Shown: positions 17,299 through 24,529 of the stretch, piece after piece | How the letters are laid out: each line of letters opens with the position of its first letter | Numbering within the stretch: position 1 is the stretch's first letter | From: an uncultured Elusimicrobia bacterium | Lineage (GTDB): Bacteria; Elusimicrobiota; Elusimicrobia; UBA1565; UBA9628 | DNA: 64,000 bases | Assembly: GCA_903830945.1 (NCBI GenBank) | Contig: CAIKVT010000025.1 | Location: forward strand, 7,816-71,815 | Direction: 5' to 3' | Notes under the pieces: model-generated | What the model saw: the letters and a program-made list of their open reading frames with translations, nothing else | Told to the model about the DNA's origin: nothing | The model's database searches: none | Program-made: the position numbers and the translations under genes

Positions 17299-18778
17299 GA
17301 CCATCAAGTTTTCCTTGGACGGCCGGCACCTCTCGGCTCTGGAAGGGGAGACCGTGCTCGAGGCGGCGGAGCGTTCCGGCGTGCGCATCCCCCATTACTG
17401 CTGGCACAAGGCGTTGGGCAACCCGGGCAATTGCCGCATGTGCGTCGTGGAGGTCGAGGGCACGACCAAACTCCAGGTCTCCTGCCGCTTGCTCGCGCGC
17501 GAAGGCCTCGTGATCCGCTCTGTGACGTCGGCCGCCCGGCGAGCCCAGGCCTCGGCCCTGGAACTGCACTTGTTGGACCATCCTTTGGACTGCCCGGTCT
17601 GCGACCAGTCCGGCGAGTGCGGCCTGCAGGATTACTATATGGACATCGGCCGCTACCCCAGCGCCATGCGCGAGGACAAGGCCCACGCGGGCAAGAGCAT
17701 CCCGCTCGGCCCCCATATCATGCTCGACCAGGAGCGCTGCATCATGTGCACGCGCTGCACGCGCTTTACATCTCAGGTGAGCAAGTCCCATGAGCTGGGC
17801 ATCTTCGGCCGCGGGCACTCGCAGGTCGTAGATGTCGTGCCAGGCCGTACCCTGGACAACCCCTACTCCGGCAACCTCGCGGATGTCTGCCCGGTGGGCG
17901 CGCTCACGGACCGCGACTTCCGCTTCCAGGTCCGGGTCTGGTATCTCGATGAGACGGAGTCGGTCTGTCCCGGCTGCAGCCGCGGTTGTGCCATTTTCGC
18001 GCACACCAGCACCCGACGGCCCTGGCACAACAAGGGCCGCAGGCTGGCGCGTCTCAAGCCCCGCTATGATTCCGACGTCAACGGTCATTGGATGTGCGAT
18101 GCGGGCCGCTACGGCTTCGCTGATTTTGATTCGGACCGGCTGGGCAAGGTCATGAGGCTAAAGCCAGCGGCTGCGGAGCTTTCCTGGGAGGCCGCCCAAA
18201 GAGAGGTCGCGGCCGCTTTGCGCCGCAAGAGCGCGGAAGGCCTGGCTGTAGTGGCTTCGGGCGCTTTATCCAACGAGGATTGGAAGGCTTTCAAGAGCCT
18301 GTTCGTTGATACATTGAAGGCGAGCCGCTTTCTGTTTTCCCCGGAGCCGGACCAGGTCGGCGTTGAAGATGAGCTCTTGCGCCGACGCGAGAAGGTGCCC
18401 AATCTTGAAGGCGGCAAAACCCTTGGGTTCGGGACGCAGATACAGTCCATGAGCTGGGATGGCTTGGCCAAGGACATCGGGGCCGGGAAGGTCTGGGGCC
18501 TCTATGTGGTGGACCGCGACCCGGTCAAGGTCTGGGGGGAAAAGGGGCGCAAGCTTCTGGAGCGTCTGGATTTGCTGGTCTATCAAGGCCCTTGCAAGGG
18601 CCTTTCCGGGGACCTGGCTCACTATCGTCTGCCGGCCGCGGCCTGGCTTGAGGAAGAAGGGCACTTCATCAATTTCCAGGGCCACGTCCAAGGTTATCGC
18701 CAGGCCCTTAAGCCTTTGGGCGCGGCCAAGCCGGACTGGGAGATATTCGCGGGGATGGAGAAGGATGCCCGGGTATGA
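17291..18778 (+). CDS. nuoG: NADH-quinone oxidoreductase subunit G, short form (495 aa)
   Basis: N-terminal 2Fe-2S ferredoxin region (CWHKALGNPGNCRMCVVEVEG), HPLDCPVCDQSGECGLQD and CIMCTRCTRF. The C-terminal molybdopterin-like region is much shorter than in the E. coli or Thermus homologs. Confidence 0.85.
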   Translation: MAKTIKFSLDGRHLSALEGETVLEAAERSGVRIPHYCWHKALGNPGNCRMCVVEVEGTTKLQVSCRLLAREGLVIRSVTSAARRAQASALELHLLDHPLDCPVCDQSGECGLQDYYMDIGRYPSAMREDKAHAGKSIPLGPHIMLDQERCIMCTRCTRFTSQVSKSHELGIFGRGHSQVVDVVPGRTLDNPYSGNLADVCPVGALTDRDFRFQVRVWYLDETESVCPGCSRGCAIFAHTSTRRPWHNKGRRLARLKPRYDSDVNGHWMCDAGRYGFADFDSDRLGKVMRLKPAAAELSWEAAQREVAAALRRKSAEGLAVVASGALSNEDWKAFKSLFVDTLKASRFLFSPEPDQVGVEDELLRRREKVPNLEGGKTLGFGTQIQSMSWDGLAKDIGAGKVWGLYVVDRDPVKVWGEKGRKLLERLDLLVYQGPCKGLSGDLAHYRLPAAAWLEEEGHFINFQGHVQGYRQALKPLGAAKPDWEIFAGMEKDARV

Positions 18779-19815
18779 TCTTGCTGGCTTGGTCCGCGGT
18801 TAAGGTCGCTTACGCTTTGGGCTTCGGCCTCGTCCTGGCTGGATTTCTGGGTTGGGTCGAGCGCAAGCAGAGCGCGGTGCTGCAGGACCGCATCGGCGCC
18901 AACCGGGCCGAGATCTTCGGATTGCGCATCATCGGTCTCTTCCATCCTGTCGCGGACGCCATCAAGCTCATGACTAAGGAGGACTTCGTCCCGCAACGCG
19001 TTCTGCGGCCCTTTCATGCCCTGGCCCCGGCTCTGTCTTTGGGCTGCTGCCTGCTCTGCCTCGCGGCGCTTCCGTTTGGAGGTGAAGTCTCAGTGGCGAG
19101 CCGGACCTGGAACCTGCAGCCTTGGGCGAGCCCCGTCGGGCTGATTTATGTGCTGGCTTTCCTGGGTCTGGGCGTGCACGGGGTAATCATGGCCGGCTAT
19201 GCCTCCAACTCCAATTATGGGCTCTTGGGCGGACTGCGCGGAGCCGCGCAGATGATCGCTTATGAGGTCTGTATGATCGCCATACTCGCCGGGCCCATGT
19301 TCCTTTACGGAACCTTGGACTTGCAGGAGGCGGTACGCTGGCAGGGGCGCTTCCTTGGCGGCGTCCTGCCGGCCTGGGGCGTCTTCACCCAGCCCCTGGC
19401 CTTTCTGCTCTTCCTGGTCGCGGGCACGGCCGCCTCCAAGCGCATCCCTTTTGATCTGCCCGAGGGCGAGTCTGAGATCGTGGGCTACCATGTCGAGTAC
19501 TCGGGCATGAAGTTCGGCATGTTCATGATGTCGGATTTTGTCGAGAATATCGTGATCTGCGGCCTGGGGGCGACCTTGTTTCTGGGCGGCTGGCAGGTTC
19601 CCTTCGTGACTTTGACCGGGTCCGTGGGCGGCGTACTCATGCTGGCCTCGTTCTTCGTTAAGACCTGCGCCCTGCTCTTTTTTCTTATGCAGGTGCGCTG
19701 GACGCTGCCCAGGCTGCGCTTCGACCAGCTCCTCGACCTGGGATGGAAGTCGTTGCTCCCCCTATCTTTGGCCAATTTCCTCATTACGGTGTGGGGGTGT
19801 TACCTATGGCGGTGA
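18775..19815 (+). CDS. nuoH: NADH-quinone oxidoreductase subunit H
   Basis: WVERKQSAVLQDRIGANRA..., PFDLPEGESEIVGYHVEYSGMKFGMFMMSDF. Confidence 0.9.
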   Translation: MILLAWSAVKVAYALGFGLVLAGFLGWVERKQSAVLQDRIGANRAEIFGLRIIGLFHPVADAIKLMTKEDFVPQRVLRPFHALAPALSLGCCLLCLAALPFGGEVSVASRTWNLQPWASPVGLIYVLAFLGLGVHGVIMAGYASNSNYGLLGGLRGAAQMIAYEVCMIAILAGPMFLYGTLDLQEAVRWQGRFLGGVLPAWGVFTQPLAFLLFLVAGTAASKRIPFDLPEGESEIVGYHVEYSGMKFGMFMMSDFVENIVICGLGATLFLGGWQVPFVTLTGSVGGVLMLASFFVKTCALLFFLMQVRWTLPRLRFDQLLDLGWKSLLPLSLANFLITVWGCYLWR

Positions 19816-20324
19816 CAGTTCGCGCTGTGAGCCGCCCTATCCGCGGACTTTGGGAGCAGGTCTATATCCTCGCGGTCCTGCGCGGCCTGGGCGTGACTTT
19901 CAGGCACTTCTTCGTCAATCTCCAGCGTCACGTCTTGAGGCTCTTGGGCCTGCGTGCTGATTCCGGCGCGGTTACCATCCAATATCCGGACGAGCCGGCC
20001 GTGCTGGGCCGGCGCGCCCGCACGCGCCACCGCCTGCTGGCGCGTGCCGACGGCTCTCCGCGCTGTACCGCGTGCCTGCTCTGCGAGACCATCTGCCCCG
20101 CCAAATGCATACACATCATCGCGGAGGACAGCCCGGACGTGGCCGTGGAGAAGCGCGCGCGCAGCTTCGATATCGACCTGGGCATGTGCGTGTTCTGCGG
20201 GCATTGCGTCGAGGCCTGTCCGGTCGACGCCATCCATATGGACAGCGACCGGGTCGAACTGGCATCCTATACAAGGTCCGGCTTGATCTGGAACATGAAA
20301 TCCTTGATGAGAGTGCAGATATAA
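19806..20324 (+). CDS. nuoI: NADH-quinone oxidoreductase subunit I (2x 4Fe-4S ferredoxin)
   Basis: The start MAVTVRAV at 19806 overlaps the nuoH end. CTACLLCETICPAKCI and CVFCGHCVEACPVDAI are present. Confidence 0.9.
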   Translation: MAVTVRAVSRPIRGLWEQVYILAVLRGLGVTFRHFFVNLQRHVLRLLGLRADSGAVTIQYPDEPAVLGRRARTRHRLLARADGSPRCTACLLCETICPAKCIHIIAEDSPDVAVEKRARSFDIDLGMCVFCGHCVEACPVDAIHMDSDRVELASYTRSGLIWNMKSLMRVQI

Positions 20325-20326
20325 GC

Positions 20327-21196
20327 ATGATGAATTTCCACGTGCGGCCCGCGGATATGATGGATATGGGGGTCGTGGCCCTGCTCATTTACGCCCTGCT
20401 GGTATGGTTCAAGAAGACCCGGACCGCCTTCGTGGTGATGGGCCTGCTGGTCCTTATGGGCGTCTATCTCCTGGCGCGCGTGATGGGCATGTACATGACC
20501 ACTTTGATCTTCAAGGGCTTCTTTGCCATATTCATCATCGCGGTGGTCGTCATCTTCCAGGAGGAGCTGCGCTCCATATTCGAGCGTATCGCGGTCTGGA
20601 GCTTCGCCAGGCCGCGTCAGCAGGCCGCGCCCCAGGAGCCCGATATCCTGGCGCGGGCGCTTTCGGACTTGGCCCGGGACAAGGTCGGGGCCCTCATCGT
20701 CATGCGCGGGCGCGACCCCCTGGACCGGCACATAGAAGGCGGCTGGGACCTGCGTGGCGAGCTCTCCGAGGCCTTGATCGAGAGCATATTCGATTCCCAT
20801 TCCTTGGGCCACGACGGGGCCATGGTCATCGAGGGGGGGCGCGTGACGCACTTTGGCGTGCACCTGCCGCTCTCCAAGGACTTCAGCAAGATCACGCACA
20901 TGGGCCTGCGCCACACCGCCGCTTTGGGCCTTTGCGAACGCACCGACGCCTTGTGCCTGGCTGTGAGCCAGGAGCGGGGAGTCATCTCTGTTGGGCGGCG
21001 GGGCAACCTCACGCCCATCGATAACCTCCAGGACCTGCACTGCCTACTCGAGGACTTCCTGCGCGAGATCGCCCCGCGCACGCCGCGGCAGAGCCTCCTC
21101 ACATTCTTGACCCACAACACGCGGGAGAAAGCCTTGGCCGTAGGCATGTCCGTGCTCCTTTGGTGGTTCTTCATCGGCCACCACTTCCTGCCTTGA
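20327..21196 (+). CDS. cdaA: Diadenylate cyclase (CdaA/DacA type, membrane-anchored DAC domain)
   Basis: The start is 3 nt after the nuoI stop. There are three N-terminal TM helices. DAC motifs are present: GALIVMRG, HDGAMVIEGG, GLRHTAALGL and AVSQERGVISV. A C-terminal hydrophobic tail (ALAVGMSVLLWWFFIG) is also present. Confidence 0.8.
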   Translation: MMNFHVRPADMMDMGVVALLIYALLVWFKKTRTAFVVMGLLVLMGVYLLARVMGMYMTTLIFKGFFAIFIIAVVVIFQEELRSIFERIAVWSFARPRQQAAPQEPDILARALSDLARDKVGALIVMRGRDPLDRHIEGGWDLRGELSEALIESIFDSHSLGHDGAMVIEGGRVTHFGVHLPLSKDFSKITHMGLRHTAALGLCERTDALCLAVSQERGVISVGRRGNLTPIDNLQDLHCLLEDFLREIAPRTPRQSLLTFLTHNTREKALAVGMSVLLWWFFIGHHFLP

Positions 21197-21200
21197 TGAT

Positions 21201-22244
21201 ATGAGCAACGGTTTCTACGCCCGAAAGCTCCTGCGCGAGCTGGCCCGGTTGGGCCGGCGGATCAGCCCGCTCTTGATCCTCACTCACGACTACCCGGATC
21301 CGGACTCTCTGGCCAGCGCCTGGGTGCTGGCTTATCTGGCGCATTCCTTGACAAAAGTGCGCTGCCGCATCGCTTACGGAGGCAGCATCGGTCGCCGTGA
21401 GAACCGCGTTATGGCCCATCGGCTCGGCATACCGGCCCGGCCTTTGCGTAAGGGCGAGATCGCGGCGGCCGAGAACGTGGCTTTAGTCGACACTCAGCCG
21501 CCCTTCCGTAATAACCGCTTTCCGCCCCGTCGGCGGCCGCTTCTGATCATCGATCATCACGCTCGTCATCCCGACACCGCGGCCGAACTGATGTTGATCG
21601 ACGAGAACGCGGGGGCGACGACCACGATACTGGCCGAGGCGCTGATTTTGTCGGGTTTGAAGGTCCCGCGGCGTCTGTCTACGGCCATCGTCTATGGTAT
21701 CGGCTCCGAGACGCAGAACCTGGGCCGGGAATCCACCTTGCGGGACCTGACCGTCTATCAGTCCTTCTGGCCCAAGGCCAACGTCAAGACTCTTTGGAGT
21801 ATCTCGTATCCCCGGCGGCCTGCCGGCTATTTCTCGGAGCTGGCGCGCGCCATCCGTGGGGCCTTCGTCTGTCATGGTATCGTGGGCACGCATCTCGGGC
21901 CGCTTGTCGCGCCGGAGCACGTGGCTCAAATCGCGGATTTCCTTATGACTTACGAGCGCGCGCATTGGGCCCTGGTGACGGGCCGCTATCAGGGCCGCCT
22001 GCACATTTCTCTGCGCGCCGACGATCTTGGGGCGGATGCGGGCAAGCTCTTGAAGCGTATCCTTTGGGGCGACAAGCGCGGCGGCGGGCATGCCATGATC
22101 GCGGGCGGCACCGTCGCGGTGGGCGAGGATGAGCCCGAAGTGAAGTGGCGGGAGGCCGAGGACCGGCTGGCTGCCGCCTTCATTGAGAGCCAGGGATTCA
22201 AGGACGCGCCCGTGGCCAAGGCTTTCGGGGAAGAGTCGTTGTAA
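21201..22244 (+). CDS. DHH/DHHA1-family phosphoesterase (NrnA/Pde2-like; candidate c-di-AMP or pApA phosphodiesterase)
   Basis: LILTHDYPDPDSLASAW (motif I/II), LLIIDHHARHP (the DHH motif) and GGGHAMIAGG (the DHHA1 GGGH motif). Confidence 0.8.
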   Translation: MSNGFYARKLLRELARLGRRISPLLILTHDYPDPDSLASAWVLAYLAHSLTKVRCRIAYGGSIGRRENRVMAHRLGIPARPLRKGEIAAAENVALVDTQPPFRNNRFPPRRRPLLIIDHHARHPDTAAELMLIDENAGATTTILAEALILSGLKVPRRLSTAIVYGIGSETQNLGRESTLRDLTVYQSFWPKANVKTLWSISYPRRPAGYFSELARAIRGAFVCHGIVGTHLGPLVAPEHVAQIADFLMTYERAHWALVTGRYQGRLHISLRADDLGADAGKLLKRILWGDKRGGGHAMIAGGTVAVGEDEPEVKWREAEDRLAAAFIESQGFKDAPVAKAFGEESL

Positions 22245-22250
22245 TCCCCT

Positions 22251-22271
22251 TGACAGCGCGAAGCGCTGTCA
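22251..22271 (+). terminator. Perfect 9-bp stem / 3-nt loop hairpin just after the DHH gene stop
   Basis: tgacagcgc-gaa-gcgctgtca. A second GC-only hairpin follows (gcgcgcgca...tgcgcgcgc). There is no clear U-tract, so intrinsic-terminator function is inferred only from position in the convergent gap. Confidence 0.4.
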
Positions 22272-22360
22272 GGCGCGCGCGCACCGTTCCTCTTTGCGCG
22301 CGCAACATTATAAAGGTATTGATGAATTGCGGCGCGAGTGAGGGATAGCGCTCGCGCCGG

Positions 22361-22385
22361 GGTGCCGGCGCAAGGCGCCGGCACC
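22361..22385 (-). terminator. Perfect 11-bp stem / 3-nt loop hairpin downstream of etfA
   Basis: ggtgccggcgc-aag-gcgccggcacc lies 23 nt past the etfA stop on the minus strand. An adjacent 8-bp hairpin ggcgcgag...ctcgcgcc spans 22331-22358. Confidence 0.45.
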
Positions 22386-22407
22386 GTCAGGACGGCATGA
22401 TGCCAGC

Positions 22408-23394
22408 TTAGGCTGCTACTGGTACGCCCTTGCGCTTCTTGATCTCCGAGACGATGAGGGGGATGAGCTCGAACAAGTCCCCGACCACGGAGATGGTCGC
22501 CTGCTGCATCATGGGGCACTCGGGATCCGTATTGATGGCCACGAGGTTGCCCGCGTTGGACATGCCCGCCAGGTGTTGGATCTGGCCCGAGATACCGCAA
22601 GCCACGTAAAGCTTGGGCCGCACGGTGCGGCCCGTGAGCCCCACCTGGTGCCGGTAGGGGATCCATCCCGAGTCCACGGCCGCGCGGCTGGCCGCGACCG
22701 CCGCGCCCATGGTGTGTGCCAGTTCCCGGATGGCTTTGAAGCCTTCCGGGCTGCCCACGCCGCGTCCGCCGGAGACGATGCGCTCTGCGCCGCCCAGGTC
22801 GATCTCGCCGGCTTCCTCAGCCTGGAAAGAGAGGAACTCCATCCCAGCGGCGGCGGGAGTGAAAGGGAACTCTGCGACCTCGCCGGAGCGCCCGGCTTGG
22901 CGCGGCGCCTGCGGAAATACCATGGCCTGCACGGTCACGACGCGGACCTCGGATTTGAATTCCATGGTGGCCTGGAGGTTGCCGCTGTAGTGGCTGCGCT
23001 TGACGCTGCCGGAGGCCGGGTCTATCTCGCTGACGTCGGTGGCCAGGCCCGCGTTCAGCTTGACCGCGACGCGGCAGGCCAGGCAACGACCGGCCACGCT
23101 GGCCGGCAGGAGCATCCAAGAGGGCTTTTCCTGCGCGGCGGCGGCCAGGACGGCCTGGGCGTGTAGTTCGTCGTTGAAATCCTTCAGGGTCGGGTGGCCC
23201 GACCAGAGCACGCGGTCTGCGCCGCGCTCCACCAACTCCTTTGCCGCCTCTGCGCTGCCGCCGGGGATGTACGCCACCAAAGGCTGCTTCAGGGCGTTGG
23301 CCAGAGAGCGGCCGGCGGTGAGCAGCTCCCAGGTGGCTGGGCTGGTCGTGCCCCGTTCCATCAAAGCGACGACGAGGACCTTTTGTTGGCTCAT
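22408..23394 (-). CDS. etfA: Electron transfer flavoprotein, alpha subunit
   Basis: C-terminal FAD-binding region ...PKLYVACGISGQIQHLAGMSNAGNLVAINTDPECPM. It overlaps the etfB stop by 1 nt. Confidence 0.9.
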   Translation of the reverse strand: MSQQKVLVVALMERGTTSPATWELLTAGRSLANALKQPLVAYIPGGSAEAAKELVERGADRVLWSGHPTLKDFNDELHAQAVLAAAAQEKPSWMLLPASVAGRCLACRVAVKLNAGLATDVSEIDPASGSVKRSHYSGNLQATMEFKSEVRVVTVQAMVFPQAPRQAGRSGEVAEFPFTPAAAGMEFLSFQAEEAGEIDLGGAERIVSGGRGVGSPEGFKAIRELAHTMGAAVAASRAAVDSGWIPYRHQVGLTGRTVRPKLYVACGISGQIQHLAGMSNAGNLVAINTDPECPMMQQATISVVGDLFELIPLIVSEIKKRKGVPVAA

Positions 23395-24206
23395 TAGATC
23401 AGTTTCCTCTCCACGAGTGTAGCGACGAGCTTCTCAGCGGTCTGCGCGGCCGTGGCGCCGGCGATGCGCGTGCCGGCCGGACGCGGGGGGGGGGCGGTGG
23501 AGCGCGCGACTTTGACGCGCGCGCCGGCGACCCCGGTCTCTTCAGGTTTGAGCCCTAGGTCAGCCGCCGTCCAGGTGGGGATGGCGGCCTTTTTGGCCGC
23601 CATCTTGCCTCTGAGTGAGGGCACTCGCGGCTCGTTGATCTCCTTGACCGTTCCCACGGCGGCGGGGAGTTTGACCTTGATCTTGTCCACGCCGTCTTCC
23701 ATCATGCGCCAGAGCACGGCCGAGGACCCGTCGATGGACTCGATCTTCTTGACCGAAAGTACGCCGGGCCAGTCCAGCCAGGCCGCGACCTGGCCGCCCA
23801 CGGTGCCGGAGTTGTCGTCGTTTGTGTTCTTGCCGAAGAGGACCAGGTGTACGGGCTTCTGGCCGTTGAGTTTGCGGATGGCGGCGGCCAGGGCGCGGCT
23901 GACGGCGAAGGAGTCGCCGCCCTGCAGCTCCGGGCCGGAGAGCAGAACTCCGGCATCGCAACCCCGGGAGATGGCGTCGCGCAGAACGGCATGATCCGTC
24001 TCCGGCCCGAGGGCCAGCGCGGTCACGGTGGTGCCGGGGTTGTGTTCCTTGATGCGCACGGCCTCCTCGACGGCGAACTCGTCGAAGGGGTTCATGGCGA
24101 AGACTAGGCCGGCGGTCTTGGGCAAGCCCGTAGCCTGATCCACTGGCACGGCCAGCGTGGAGGGCGTATTTTTGACGCAGACGACGATGTTGAGTGCCAT
24201 GCTCAC
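23394..24206 (-). CDS. etfB: Electron transfer flavoprotein, beta subunit
   Basis: MALNIVVCVKNTPS...NPFDEFAVEEAVRIKE...TVTALALGPE...DDNSGTVGGQVAAWLDWP. The start may be the ATG at 24200. Confidence 0.9.
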   Translation of the reverse strand: MSMALNIVVCVKNTPSTLAVPVDQATGLPKTAGLVFAMNPFDEFAVEEAVRIKEHNPGTTVTALALGPETDHAVLRDAISRGCDAGVLLSGPELQGGDSFAVSRALAAAIRKLNGQKPVHLVLFGKNTNDDNSGTVGGQVAAWLDWPGVLSVKKIESIDGSSAVLWRMMEDGVDKIKVKLPAAVGTVKEINEPRVPSLRGKMAAKKAAIPTWTAADLGLKPEETGVAGARVKVARSTAPPPRPAGTRIAGATAAQTAEKLVATLVERKLI

Positions 24207-24220
24207 CTCGTGCGCGAGAG

Positions 24221-24307
24221 TGGTGGTTGGGACAGGATTCGAACCTGTGTAGGGCGTAGCCCGACGGTTTTACAGACCGTTGCTTTTGACCGCTCAGCCA
24301 CCCAACC
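24221..24307 (-). tRNA. tRNA-Tyr (anticodon GTA), type II with a long variable arm and encoded CCA
   Basis: The reverse complement is GGTTGGGTGGCTGAGCGGTCAAAAGCAACGGTCTGTAAAACCGTCGGGCTACGCCCTACACAGGTTCGAATCCTGTCCCAACCACCA. The 7-bp acceptor stem is GGTTGGG/CCCAACC. The anticodon stem is AACGGT/ACCGTC with loop CTGTAAA. The variable stem is GGGC..GCCC. The T-arm is CAGG-TTCGAAT-CCTG. Confidence 0.9.
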
Positions 24308-24529
24308 AATTTGAGAATAATCTATGCGAGAATAGCATAATCTCGCCTTCAGTATAAACGCTTCCGAAACATTACCCTGATTAAAGTGTGCGCTTTTGTG
24401 TGCGGTCAGATTTTTCGGATGGAAATCCCCCGAACCATTCCGACCGCGCTTTTGAGCGCCTCTTCAACCGTTCCGCCGCCCCGAAAAACTACGGCGGCCA
24501 AACCTAACGATGGAGCATTCTAGCAAAAA

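Noticed and set aside
15655-17388. A 577-aa ORF on the minus strand, antisense to nuoE and nuoF.
   Set aside because: It lies opposite two genes with unmistakable conserved motifs. Its translation is Ala/Arg/Gly/Pro-rich and low in complexity, as expected for spurious antisense frames in GC-rich DNA.
23485-23494. A G10 homopolymer, with similar G8-G9 runs near 42081 and 53024, as possible phase-variation tracts.
   Set aside because: They lie in frame inside conserved housekeeping-type genes (etfB, cdc48-like, cheBR), where they encode Pro or Gly runs. There is no evidence of frameshifted alternatives in this window.
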